A stretch of 64,000 nucleotides of DNA from Gracilinanus agilis (lineage: Eukaryota): positions 87,323,181 to 87,387,180 of the forward strand of contig NC_058132.1 in the NCBI RefSeq assembly GCF_016433145.1, given 5' to 3'. A model generated the notes under the pieces. That model was given only the letters and a program-made list of their open reading frames with translations, made no database searches and had not been told where the DNA came from. A program made the translations under genes and the position numbers. Of this stretch, positions 25,827 to 38,813 are shown piece by piece (the first letter of the stretch is position 1; every line of letters begins with the position of its first letter).

Positions 25827-26072
25827 TGTATAATTAGAAATTTTGTACCCTTGGACTTCATCTCCCAGCATCCCTTTCCCTGTGCCCCCACGTTTTCATC
25901 TTCACGTGTTGTTTATAAGTTTGCTGTAAACTCTGCCTCTCGCTCTCTTTTTCCCCCACATGTGCAGCTGAGTTAGCTCCCTTTTTACTCTAGCTTTTTG
26001 CTTTAGTTATTATTAATAAATCTCATTAAATATAATACTTGGAGATATTATATATTAGTTTTTAATCTCACA
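25827..26072 (+). mobile_element. Short (246 bp) solo LTR candidate
   Basis: TGTA...CACA ends, AATAAA about 55 bp from the 3' end, near-TSD ACAA/ACAG. Confidence 0.55.
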
Positions 26073-26559
26073 ACAGGAACCATCATAACATAGTTTATTA
26101 CCCTATAGATTCAGTTGTTCTACAGTTTACATCACTGCAACCCAAATATAAATACACATAATAAAAGTCAGGCAAGGTCATTGGCCTATGATGTTATCTA
26201 TAAATATAGTTTTATAAGGGAATCTTCTGAATGTATTTCATGAAGGAAGGATAAAGGAAAATGTAGTCACTTTTTCAGACAGTGGGAAAAATAATGAATG
26301 AATATTTCTCAAAGGGTGAGGCCTTTCTTTACTGTGTTCAGGAGATCTGCTATGCTCTCTGAATCCCTAAGTTAAGTACGACTCAAACGCCACTGCTTCA
26401 GGAAGCCCCAATCAGTAATGAACTTCCCCTTCAGATCTCACATAGTATTTTGTTTATTCTTCTCTCATCTATTTAAGTGTTATTTTGACAATTTTGCCAC
26501 ATTTTGCCATTTCTATTTTCTTGCCCTTGAGACCCTCTCTCCATTCAGAAAGATACCAC

Positions 26560-27250
26560 CTTATTTTATGCCCTCATAACTCCTGTACTAGAATGTTTCA
26601 ACAACTCCCTACTCAGTCTCTCTACTTCAAAGTTTCTCCCCATTCTAGTCCATCCTGCAAATTACTGTCAAAATAATTTCCCTTAAGTGCAAATCTGATC
26701 ACATTGCCTTTCTCCCTTAACTCAATGAACTTCAATGACTTTCTATTGTCTTTGAGATAAAATATTAACTACTTTTCAGCTTTTAAAGTTCTACACACTT
26801 GGCCCCAACCTAATTTTCCTGGCTCATTGGATATTGTTCTTTCTACATCTATCATCTAGTCAAATTGATCTTCTCACTGTTCCTTCCACATAGCATTACC
26901 CCTCCCCACTCTTTATCCTTATACTGGTTTTTTTACATGCTTAGAATACAATCCCTCCTTATTTCTAATCCCTTCCTTCAAGATACTGATCAAACATTAT
27001 CTTTTCTGCATGAAGCCCTTCTTGATCTTTCCAGGTGCTGGGATCTTGCCTCCAAAATTAGGCACTTCATGTAGAATTGGGTTTATTCACCTTCTATTTA
27101 TGTTTCATATATATTTTATATGTACTTCTTGTCTTTCCCATTATAATGTAAGCTTTTTGAGTAGAAATTATTTCAATCCCTTTCCTTATATCTCCAGTTT
27201 AGCATGGTGTCCTTATTATGTGAGTGATTAATAAAAACTTAATTGATTAA
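26560..27250 (+). mobile_element. L2 3' portion
   Basis: cattctagtccatcct...aaatctgatcac...taataaaacttaattgatt. Confidence 0.75.
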
Positions 27251-27499
27251 CTATTTCTTCACATGTCGTAAATCCCCCAGAGACCAGGATTAGACCAATG
27301 ATTTCATTGATATTGAGAACTCCAGATGAGGAAACTCCCTCTACAAAACTTGATTAGAATCTTTTCTTTAATTTGTGGTCCTAGATAGTTGCCTAGGTTA
27401 CTGAGATTATGTGACTTGCCTGGGGTCATACAGGGAGTAGTGTCAGAGATGTTATTTGGGCATATTTGAATATACCTCATATATTACAACACAATATAT

Positions 27500-27740
27500 A
27501 TCATAGGGCAGTAGGTAAGATCATTGGATGTATAGCGAGGAGAATCTGAGGTTGAATCTGACTTTAGACACTTACTATGTGATCCTGAGCAAGTTACTTA
27601 ATCTCTGTTTGCCTCAGTTTCCTCATCTGTGGAATAGGAATATATTAGCATTTTTCTTCTAAGATGGTTATTAGGATAAAATAAAATTATATTTGTAAAG
27701 TGTTTTGAAAACTTTAAAGAACTATGTAAATGTTTTATAC
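27500..27740 (+). mobile_element. MIR/CORE-SINE
   Basis: Core gatcctgagcaagttacttaatctctgtttgcctcagtttcctcatctgt. Confidence 0.75.
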
Positions 27741-29922
27741 ACATACATGTACACACATAAATCCCATAGATTTTTGTTTGGACATATATGTCATTAGTTA
27801 TATATCCTCCTTACTAGACATTAATTTTCATAAGGCCAGGAATTGTATCTCATTTTAACTTTGAATCTTAACCATCATCGAACTTGGCATACAGGAGAAC
27901 CATAATAAATATTTGTTGAATTTCATGTTGAATAGAACATATTCAAGAAAGAATTAAATTCCTTCACAATCCACTCTTCTCCTCACCATCCCACTCCCAT
28001 TGGGCAGTTTCTGTTGTAGAAAGAAAAAATGTCCAACCCAAAACCCCAAGGAACTCCTCACTTCAGCATCTCTCTCTCAGTTCCTCAGGGACAGCCTTGA
28101 GGATTGTGACTTGGTTTTGTCACTTCAAATAAATCAGCATTAATTTAGCATCTGTTATTTGCAAGAAACTATCAGTTTATACTTGGTTCAGTTTTGCAAT
28201 GGGAAATTCATAGCCCATAAATTAGAAGTTTTAGGCTAATGTTCTAGCTCTGTAGAAAGGATGAATGACTGGAATGTATCCAAAAGTCAAGTCTGAATTG
28301 AACCCCCAACATTTTTGGGGGTTACCATCAAATAATTATAGAGTATTAAGTGCTAACTACAGGCTCGGCACTCTGCTAGATGCTGGAGATCAAAATATTA
28401 AGAAACAGTTTCTACCCACAAGGATTTTGGAGAACAATAAGGGATACAAGAAGCATGTATAAGGTGATACAGAATAGATATGAAGAGAATAAATACAAAT
28501 AAACCCTTGTAAATTAAGCAGGAAGTAGTTTAGGGGAAGCAGCAATAAAGGGGAGAAATTATTAGTGGTTTCATGTAGAAGGTGGTGGTGCTTGAGCCAC
28601 ATTTTGAAGGAAGAGAGGGATTCTATTTGTCAGAGATGAGGAAATATATGGCAGGTGTGAGAAACAGCCAATGCAAAGGAGGAGGAGGAGGAGGCAGACA
28701 TGGAAAAATAAGAACTGCAGAAGGAAGGGTATGACTGATGATGTCAATCCCAAGCCAGGTTGATAATGGTATTGAAAGTGAAATGGGAAGAACACTGGTT
28801 TTGGGGTCAGAGGACCCAGATATTCAAATTTATGTTCTGCTATTTACTGTTCATGTGATCTCCAGGCTTCAGGTGCCTCGGGTATAAAATAAGGGAGTTG
28901 AACTAGATAATTTGTGGTGTCCCTACCAGTCTAGATTTATAATTATATAATTCTTCTCAGCTCTAAATCTAAGAAATTTATACTATTAATATGCTTAATA
29001 TCTTAGCTATTAAGAACTAAGGAAGGAAGAATCCAAACTGCCTAACCAGAAAACAATAGTGAGATGATGCACAGGAAATGCTATGGATTTGTAGATTCTA
29101 CTAAGGTCTCCAATTCACATTCAGAGAACAACTCATGTTTCTTAAGATTTGCTGACTCTCCATTCTCTCCACTCTCTTCATTCTCCTGCCCAAGTCCAAA
29201 TGTGAAGAGACTTAGGTAAAGGCTAAGAATGAATGAAAAATATTTCTCATATTTACTATGTGTAAAACATTGGAAATAAAAATATTGCTGTAATGTTCTA
29301 CAATCTTATTTCATGGCAAGCATATATTTGGAGTCTGAGCCAAGGAAACATCAACAAATCTTATGCTCACAGGATTTTACAATTTACTAGGGGATATGAC
29401 ACCTCTACAAATGACTGTAATGTGCAATGCCACCTCAACTACTTAACCACAGAATTCAGAGTTGGAAAGAACCCTTATAGGTTACTTAGTCTGAATCATA
29501 TCTACACAGGGATGTCCCTTGTAGTGATTCAGGCAATGGTTCATCCCAGCTTTATTTGAAGTTCTCCAAAAATGGAGACTACAATTACTCAAGTCAGATT
29601 ATTCCATTTTTTGAAGGATATAATTCTTAGGAAGTAATTTCCTACATTGAATTGAAATCAGCCTCTCTGCAATTTATACTCATTCTCCATCTTCTCTTTT
29701 TGGGGTCACCAGAACAAGTCTAATCTCTATTTCACATGACAACCGTTCAAATGTTATTATGAACCTCCCTCAGCTCCTTCATTCAATCCTAATATTACAT
29801 GGACTCCATACTGTAAGTCAATGCCTTCTACAAAATGGGGCATTGAGAAATGAACACAGCATTGCTTAAGCATTATTACCAAGGAAGAAGGTAGACTTTT
29901 GCCTCCCTAGAATATCACATAA

Positions 29923-30162
29923 GGAAGCTATGTGGCACAGTGTATAGAGTGTTAGACCTAGAGTCAAGAATACCTGAATGCAAATCTAGCCTCAGACATT
30001 TGTGTGACCTTAGGTACTTAAGTCACGTAACTGTGTTTGCCTCAGTTTCTTCATCTATAAAATGAACTTGGAGAAGAAAATGGCAAACCACTCCAGTATC
30101 TTTACCAAGAAAACCCTAAATAGGGTCATTAAGAACTGGACACAACTGAAATGACTAAACAA
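29923..30162 (+). mobile_element. MAR1-like SINE
   Basis: gcctcagtttcttcatctataaaatga...gaaaatggcaaaccactccagtatcttt...gactaaacaa. Confidence 0.85.
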
Positions 30163-30948
30163 GATCATCACATTAGTTTAATTTTTTAAATTCCATATAA
30201 TGCTATTTGTTCCTATTGGGCATGTATTCCACTAAAAGATCACTGGATTTAGCATCAGAAGACACAGGGTTCAAATTCCAGATCTGCTACTTATTCTTTA
30301 TGAGATCTTGGCCAGTTTATTTAACTTCTCTGGGTCTTGATTTCTTCACCTATGAAATGGATGACTAGATGATCTCTCACCTCAATTTATTTTCATGTGA
30401 ACTGGTATGTAGCCATACCTCTTGCTAGAGGACTTTATATTTAGTCCCATTAAATTTCATTCTTGCTAAATCTGGCCCATTTGATATCCTGCCAGAATAT
30501 TTTAGTATCTTGATCTTATTGTCCAACGTGGTCACTATCTTCAGGTATATATATCTAGTAATTTGATCAGCATGTATGCCTCCATTCAACTTATTGATAA
30601 AAAAATGTTGAATGGCTCAGGATAAATCAGTTTCCTGAAGGACCCTACTAAATATTTTCCACTATTGAAATTGATACAATATTATTTATTAGGCATCATC
30701 ATTCAACTTATTCAGAATAAACTTAATTATATGATTACTTCCCCCATATTGAAGTTTTTCAGGGTGCTTTACATATATCACTTCACCTTCAATAACTATT
30801 ATATGGATTTTATATACAAGGAAATTGAAGTTTAGAGAGATTAAGAGATCCACCCATAGTCACCTACCTACCCAGATGCTCACCTTGTTTTCAACTTAAC
30901 TCTTTCTGACTTCAAGTCTTAACATCCAATCCATACCATAAAGCATTG

Positions 30949-31027
30949 AAAGTGAAAGGAAAAACAAATCCATAATCCTATACTTCCTTCAATGTTATAA
31001 AAGTTGAACAAATTTAAAGAGTCATAA
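30949..31027 (+). repeat. Copy 1 of an ~80-bp direct repeat (copy 2 at 33154-33230)
   Basis: aaagtgaaaggaaaaaca.atcca.aatcctatacttccttcaat matches at 43 of 45 positions, and similarity continues to gtcataa. Confidence 0.85.
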
Positions 31028-32067
31028 CACATTAAACAATATTAAGCAGCTCCCTCTTAAGGATGACAATAGGGAAAGGGACCCCAAATTGTAGCATATT
31101 AAAGGGGAAAGAGGAAGACAGTTGAGAAAAATGTTTGAAAGGAAAATAAGAAAAGAACAGTGACTGACAGAGATATAGGCTTCCAGCCCAGAAATCACCA
31201 GAGAGGGAAAAATTAAGACAGAGCTCCTTAAATTTTGGAAGATGATTGAGGTAGAGGGAAAGGAGGTTCTCCAAAGTGGACACAAGTATTCCAAAGGAGT
31301 TTGGAAAAAGCAAAATGTAAGAGTCAAGAAGAGTATGACTATAAAACATCTAACCACTACTTGTTTAGAGGAGATGATCATCAGGTGTGGGTCTGGGAAT
31401 GAGTAAGGGTACTTTGTGAGTTATCTCCCACCCCTCTGTGTCCTAGCTACTGAGCAATGGGTTGGAGGATATTTGAGAGGGAAATATTCAAAGAGGAGAG
31501 AAACCTTGGAGAGAATAGGGGTGGGGAAATGGAAATAGCACATGAAGGAAAAGATTGAGTTTCTCCAGGCTATCTGGGGATAATGGAACCCAGAGAATAG
31601 ACTAGGTGGAAGGCAGTAGTAGTAGGAGTGTCAGCTCAGCACCCTCAGTGTGTTAGGTACCACTCCAAAGAAATGAATACCTGGTTTTCATGGAGATTAC
31701 TTTATGGGGTCACCTAAGCAGGGGGAGATTTGACCTGAAAGAATGAATGGCCAGGACCTTTTTTGGGGGGTGGGGCACAGACAGCAGAAAAAACTTTGAA
31801 GAAGGGGAGATGGAAGAGGGTACCAACACCTGCCCTCTTCCCTAAGACTTACCCCAAGGTGAGTCTAAAATGGTGGCCATTGAGCATGAGTTGGATTTCA
31901 GTACCACCCAATGAGTTCCTGGGTGTATAGGTGAAGTGTGCATGTGTGTCTCAGCATGTGTTCCCCTGATTTTGAAATAGCATACACATTTCACAAGGAC
32001 TCATCTACTCCACAAACAGATGCACCTTGACATCTAGCCAGATCCAGGATATAACCTCAAGTAAATA

Positions 32068-32103
32068 TCCCAGGGGATGGCAGAATTATTTTACCCCTTG
32101 GGG
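32068..32103. promoter_or_regulatory. Paired O/E (EBF) sites, candidate promoter of the OR at 24346-25323
   Basis: TCCCAGGGGA (32068-32077) and CCCCTTGGGG (32094-32103) fit CCCNNGGG. A minus-strand donor GGG|GTAAGT lies at 31852. Confidence 0.45.
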
Positions 32104-32399
32104 GTACTAGAACTAGAGGCTAAAAATAGTGGTGTAAAGTCATTCCAGGAGGGGCTAAGGAATCCTCAAGGAGTTTTCCAACCTAGATTGCTAAGACCAT
32201 TCCTGGTAGAGCTGCTAGTACTCTGACCTCCCCATGGACAGAGTAGCACTGAGCTGGTAGGAAGCAAGACTAGGAAAGGAAGATTCAAGTAGACATTGAA
32301 TTTTCTTCTTTCTCCAGTGATTCTTTATATGAATGTTGACCTAAATTGTGGAGTGGGAGTCAGGGTGGGGAGTAGGGAATTCTTAATATATATTACATT

Positions 32400-32570
32400 T
32401 TTACTTTTTACTTAATGTAAATTATATTTGTATATAATAAATATGTCACATATTTATTATATATTAGACATTATATAATATATTTATATAATAATAAAAT
32501 ATAATAGAATTATATTTTATACTTAATGTAATATATATATGCATGAGTACATTCTATAGAAAGAAATATT
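32400..32570. repeat. AT-rich low-complexity tract
   Basis: Almost exclusively A/T with (TA)-like runs. Confidence 0.8.
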
Positions 32571-33153
32571 AATTTATTTAAATTGATGAAGGAAAGATAA
32601 GATGAACCCTCATAAAAATTCTGCAGAGCAAGCATATCCTTTTATTCATTATGAAAAGGAAGCAAGAAAACACAGACTATGACATAGAAATGTATTGCTG
32701 CAATCACAGTTTTAATGACAACACAGATTTCCCTCTACTAGTACATTTTATATATAAAAAGTATATATACAAATATTTAGGCTTTATGGATTTGATTGTC
32801 ATTCTTTCCTTTATTTTCCAAACAATTAAGCAGTATAAAAGTAAACTTTAACTTTGAACAGCTATCCCCAGAAAGAATTTAATAAGAATATGTTAGAATT
32901 TTTGTTCTTATTACAAGGAGAAACATTTCCTCTTTAAGTTCATGTGGTAGATAATTGCTTCCAAATATATATATTTATCCCAACGAAAAAATTATAGAGG
33001 CAACACTATGCTTAAGAATAGGTTCAATCCTCAGAGAAAACCTGAATAATCACATGAATTCTGAGAAGGTTTCTTAAAGGCAAAATTACATGGGAGTGAC
33101 AAAGAAATAATTCATTTACGAATTACAGTTTTGTACATTCCTCCTAGGACATA

Positions 33154-33230
33154 AAAGTGAAAGGAAAAACATATCCACAATCCTATACTTCCTTCAATAT
33201 CACAAACGTTAAGCAAACTTTAAGTCATAA
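33154..33230 (+). repeat. Copy 2 of the ~80-bp direct repeat
   Basis: Aligns with 30949-31027. Confidence 0.85.
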
Positions 33231-33246
33231 TCTCACACATGGAGTA

Positions 33247-34666
33247 TAAGGGATGTTCCAGGAAGTCTAGTAACTCTGGTGGGAGGGTCCTTTTGTTTTT
33301 CAGGGCTGCTTATCCTCCTTTGGTGTCCACATGCCACCCAGCTCTCCCCTGTGGCTCCAAGAAGTGGTAACATTTGCACAGTGGTCACACTCAGGTAAAA
33401 CTGTCATGGCAGGGAAATTAAACCAGGCTGAGGATAACCAGATGACTTCAATAAGGATGCAATGCAGCTACTGCACTGACAGTAAATTATTATTTTTTAA
33501 ACACTTATCTTCCATCTGAGAATCAATAATGGGTATTGGTTCTAAGGCAGAAGAATGGTAAGGGATAGGCAATGGGGTTTAAGTGACTTGCCAAAGGTGA
33601 CACAGCTAGGAAGTGTCTGGGGCCAGATTTGAACTCAGGAACTTGTGTCTCTGGGTCTGACTCTCAATCCACTGAGCCACCCAGCTGCCCCCAATGGTAA
33701 ATTATTTAACTTGGCTTTCTGTTCACAAATGATTGTTCACTCAGTGTGGCCTCTGAGATTGAGATGCAAAAGAACATGGATTGACCCTCTGCAACCTGTG
33801 CTTATTTTTGGCCTGACAATTAACACCAAGAAAGCAAAGGTTCTCCACCAGCCAGCTCTGTGCTTCCCATACTTGAAACCATTGGTGTCAGCAAATGGAT
33901 AAATTTTGAACAATGTGGTTAAGTTCACTTTCCTTGGCAGTATGCTTTCCAGGGATGTCCATATAGATATGAGGTTGACACACGTATTGATAGAGCTAGC
34001 TCAGTGTTTGGGAGACTCTGAAGAAGAGTATGAGAGAGAAGAGGTAGGAGCTGCCTACCAAACTGAAAGTTTGGGTTGATCTCATTGTTATATGCCTGTG
34101 AAACCTGGAAAGTAACACTAGAATTGCTTCCATTTGAATTGTCTAAGGAAGATTCTGAAGATCATTTTGCAAGATAAGGTACTGGATACTGAAGTCCTTT
34201 CTAGATCTGAACTGGCAAGAATTTGGACTCTAATGCAGAGAATATAAATCTGATGGCCTGACTATGTCATTCCAAAGTCAAATATTTATGGAGAACTCAT
34301 ACAAGGCAATTGCTCACAAAGAAGACATTAGAAGTGATATAAGGACACTTTTTAGGTCTCTTTGAAGAACAGTGATAATTGTAATAATTGGGAGACACTG
34401 GCACAGAACCATCCTGCATAGCATGAGTGAGCATCAAAGAAGGTGCTGTGCTTTATAAGCAAAGCAGAATTGTAGTAGCTCCATAGAAATATGAGGTGCA
34501 AAAATTTAGAGATGTCTCCATCCCAAATGTTCATATGGGCTATTTGTGACATGTAATAGAGCCTTTTGAGCTCTAATTGGTCTGTTCAGCCACAGTCAGA
34601 CACATATATTGACCCTGACATAGTGATACCATTTTGATCCTTTTTGAGTACAAAGGACAACAACCA
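33247..34666 (+). mobile_element. Internally deleted RTE-clade LINE (marsupial RTE)
   Basis: RTE-like 5' segment joined to the RT C-terminus (degenerate FADD as FTND at about 33720, then FGLTINTKKAKVLHQPA...PYLKPLVSANG). Ends with a caaaggacaacaacc tail. Confidence 0.85.
33497..33692 (-). mobile_element. SINE1_MD-like element nested in the RTE
   Basis: Full SINE1 on minus flanked by a gtaaattatt duplication. Confidence 0.88.
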
Positions 34667-35422
34667 ATTTCCCTTATCCTCTAAGGAAATAAACTTTAAC
34701 AAAATCTCTAGTTAAATAAGTCAGTTTACAAATTAAACTACATTTAGAGGATTCCCTGATGGACTGGTTGAGGAAGAGGATTTACATATTGCTAAGGAGT
34801 CAAGGACAGCTGAGATTCTTCCTCTGCCTTGGTATCTAAGGAGTATTTAAGGCTCTAAGTAAAATTTTACATCCTATAGGACAGGTTTTAGATCAAGTGA
34901 GGTTAATATGAAGATAAATTTCTAAACTTTGGAAGAAGAATGACCTTGAGGCCTGAGTAATAAAAGTTTATTAAAAAATTTCATAATACTTTGTTTTGTA
35001 AGGAGATCTTGGTTTTTTTTTTTGTTTTTGTTTAACTAGCCTAGCCCAAAGTTTCATAGAAGCAAGAATGATTATGTTATTTTTGCCTAGAAACTTTTTG
35101 CCAGTGTAATGGGAAGCCTGGGCCAATCTTCCTATTATACAGGTGGGTTGGGAGATTGAAGTAAGAGGTTATAATATTTACTATCTATCATTAAAGTAGA
35201 TAGATTACTTGTTAAGCATTGTACCAAATACTCTTCCATTTGTACGCATGAGTCTTTTACTAACTATGATTTTAGTTAGAAAATTTGTATTAGAATTAGA
35301 ATAAAAGAACATATGTGTATGATTGCATCTTTGAGAGATGGACATGAATATGGCAGATGGAGAGAAGCTTTCAAAGAAAAGTATCTCAGACTTGAAAGAG
35401 ACTACCTAGCCAATTCCACTTA

Positions 35423-35607
35423 TTTTTTTTAAACCCTTGTACTTCGGTGTATTGTCTCATAGGGGGAGGAGTGGTAAGGGTGGGCAATGGGGGTCAAGTG
35501 ACCTGCCCACGGTCACACAGCTGGGAAGTGGCTGAGGCCAGGTTTGAACCTAGGACCTCCCATCTCCAGGCCTGACTCTCACTCCACTGAGCTACCCAGC
35601 TGCCCCC
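35423..35607 (-). mobile_element. Young SINE1-type element (variant-tail subfamily) with TSD
   Basis: Near-identical to 18448-18637. TSD TCCACTTATTTT on both sides. Confidence 0.92.
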
Positions 35608-37854
35608 ATCCACTTATTTTTTTTTCTTTTCTAGTTTATGGTTTTTGGGAGCTACTCAGAAACTTACTAGCCCCCCAGCTACTAAGGGTAGGGATTAAGG
35701 CCTGTCAAAAAGAAATATGCCAATGTGAAACAAGCTTGAGACAGCTTTGGAGTCCATCCTGAGGGTATTCCCAATACCAAAAATGGGGAGAACTCAGAAT
35801 GTGAGTAAAAGGAGAATAAAAGGAAAAAAAAAGATAAAAAGGGGTAGAAAAAAGATTTCAAGAGGAAGAAAATTTAGTTGAAAATCTAGATCATGAACAA
35901 AAGTATCAAAGATGAAGATGCTAAATTTAAAAGGAAGGATGATTTCAAAAATCAACTTCTTCATTTCACTTTCTATTCAGAACTAGCCCTTTTTCTGTCC
36001 ATTTTTCTGTACCAGCTTCCATTAAAGATTACATTTAGTGATCATTTACATTCCATATTAACAAGAGAGGGCTTTACTAGAGGCATTTCTACTTCTTTCC
36101 CATTTTCACTCCATCTTCCTGTGAAGAGCCTGCTCTTTGCTCCGGTGGGTCTCTGGAGGTGGGATGTCTTGGTGATAATGAAATGAAAATGAGCCAGAAT
36201 GCGAGTGGAATTGCAGAGGCTGTTCACTCTGGTACCATCTGCTGATTTTTATTTTTATACCATTTTTTGTTTATGATCTCATACAGGGTTTGATTTCCCC
36301 ATACATTCAAAATCACATATTAACTTTTGAAACATCATATGGTTGGCATTTACTAATTATCTTACTGTGGTTGAACAAAGAAGCAAGCTTGTCAAGAATT
36401 ATTCATTATGGAATGGCTTAGTTGGAACTTATTATTTTCAGCCATCCATAAGGTACAAGAACATCATTTATTAGTTAAGCATAATAGTTAATTATATTTT
36501 AACTAATTAAGTCATGTATATTGTTATGTTATACTATTCATACCTATCATCAATCAAGGAGATAGTTACGATAGTTGAGTACATCAAATAAGATACAATA
36601 ATATCAGTCTGGTCTAAATTTTGTTCCCATGATGTTCTTTAATTTTTCTCTATTTTTTAAAAAGTATGTTTGCTGTTCTTTCTGCTACAGGGTCAATAAG
36701 AATGCAGTTCTGGAAGGGTGATTCTGGGCTAATTTGTCATTCCCCTGTTTTCCTTGTGTTTCACTGTTTCCTTGGTCTGTGGGAGTTTGGGAACAAACCC
36801 AGGCCAGGCACATTCTTGCAGGGGAATTTAGAAACTTGCATTAACTCTCTAACTTCTGTTTTTTTTTGCTAGGTTGATTCTAGGGAAAGTTTCTATACTC
36901 TACGGGTTTGTATAGGGGTTTATTTTGGGATAGTGGGTAGTCTGTGACTGTGGTTGTTCTTACCATGAACCTGTATTGTTTTTCTGTGTCTCCCTGGGGC
37001 TAAATAAGGATGCTGATTGCAATAGTTTCAATGCAAGTGAATGTCACTGCAAAAAGAACCACATAGGGTAAACTGAGTATGGAATTTCCATCCTCCTGAC
37101 AACCTGCTGTGCTGGATTGTCAGAGGTGGTGATGAGCTGTGCTAAACGTCATGGCTTTGATGGCTTCCTGCATCTTCCAACCTCTAATTGCCCTCTATTT
37201 TCCATCCTATATTTCCCATCTTGCACTCTTCATAGCACCTTGACTCTACGTACCTAATCTTCACACTGTCCCTTTTCTCACATTATCTCCTTTTCACAGC
37301 ATATTTTCTTCCTTTTATTTTTCTGTATCTCTTCCTCAAAATATCTTCTGTTTTCTCAACTCCTTTCCTGTCATACCATCCTCTGTCTATATCTTCTCTA
37401 TTCCTTCACTCCATTGTTGATTACATATTTCTTCTTTTGTTATTCTATGCACTATTCCAATAACTCTCCTTACCATTTGCTCTTTGTATATCTCATCTCT
37501 GTTTTTTCTTCGTCATAGTATCTCAAAAATTGGAAGGTACCACAGAAATGTGAATTGTAATTGAAGAGGACCACCATTGCAACTCTATACTTACTACTAC
37601 ATCCACATCCATTTCAAGTATACAATCAGTTTAAAGACTTCCAATAGCACAGCTTAGGATAAAATTCATTACCTATTGGGGCAGCCCATTACATTTTAGA
37701 TAACTAATTTTTAGGAATTTTTTGCCCCATTAATCAAAATTTGCCTCTACACAGTGTCCTTCTAGTGTTGCCCTCTGTAATCAACTACAACTACATGACA
37801 ACCCTTCCAATATTTCAAAGCAATTCAATAAAATGTTTATTTAACACTTTCTGT

Positions 37855-38813
37855 GTTCAAAGTACTATGGCTGAAATTTATAGGAATACAAAGCATTCTC
37901 CAATTGAAAAATGGTCAAAGAATATGAACAAATAGTTCTCATATAAAAAATTAAAACTACCTATAGTCATATAAGGAAAGCAAATCATTATTGATAGAGA
38001 AATGCAAATTAAAAGAACTCTGAGATAACACCTCACACATATCAGAGTGGCTAACCAAAAAGGAAAATGGTAAATGTTGGAGAGGATGTAAGAAAATTGG
38101 GACACTAATATATTGCTGGTGGAACTGTGAACTGATATAACCATTCTGGTGAGTGATATGGAACCCCATTCAAAGGGTCATAAAACTATGCATACCCTTT
38201 GACCCAAGCAATATGATTACTGGATCTGTACCCCAAAAATATTAGAGATAAGGGTAAAGGAATTACTTATACAAAAATATTTTTCATGGTTCTTTTTGTA
38301 GTGGCAAAGAATTAGAAACAACTGAGGGGATCTTCATCAACTGGGGAATGGATGAACACATTTTGGTATATAGTTGTAATGGAAAACTGTCACGCCATAA
38401 AAAATGACGAGCAGGATAATTCAGAAAAAAACTTGGAAACATTTATATGAACTGATGAAAATGAAGTGAACAGAATCAGGAGACTAGTGTATATAGTAAC
38501 AGACATATTATATGATGATCAGCTATGAACAACTAAACTCTTTTCAGCAAAATAAGGTTCTACTGTAACCCCAAGGGACCCCTGATTAACACATAGGTGG
38601 ATGTGGACATGGTTTGGGATGTGACACTAAACAACCACACAAATGCAGCTATCAATAATATGTAAATAAGTCTTGATTGATCACACATGTTAAAACCAGT
38701 GGAAATGCACGTTGGATATGGGGGGGGTGTTAAAAGGGAGTGAAGAGGAAAGTAAAAACAATAATCATGTAACCATGGAAAATCTTTCTAAAAAAATAAA
38801 ATATTAAAAAAAT
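37855..38813 (+). mobile_element. 5'-truncated L1 (ORF2 C-terminus, 3' UTR, A-rich tail)
   Basis: gagaaatgcaaattaaaagaactctgag...gctggtggaactgtgaac...aactatgcataccctttgaccca...catgtaaccatggaaaa followed by an A tail. Confidence 0.9.

Noticed and set aside
33645-33928. 85-aa ORF with RT-like words
   Set aside because: It is a remnant of a disrupted RTE LINE, not a host gene.
37005-37175. Peptide-like strings DADCNSFNASECHCKKNHIG and KRHGFDGF
   Set aside because: They superficially resemble laminin-EGF and GH18 motifs, but they are short, bounded by stops and lack splice support, so they are likely chance.
37878-38169. Minus-strand ORFs of 88 and 70 aa
   Set aside because: They are antisense to the L1 3' region.
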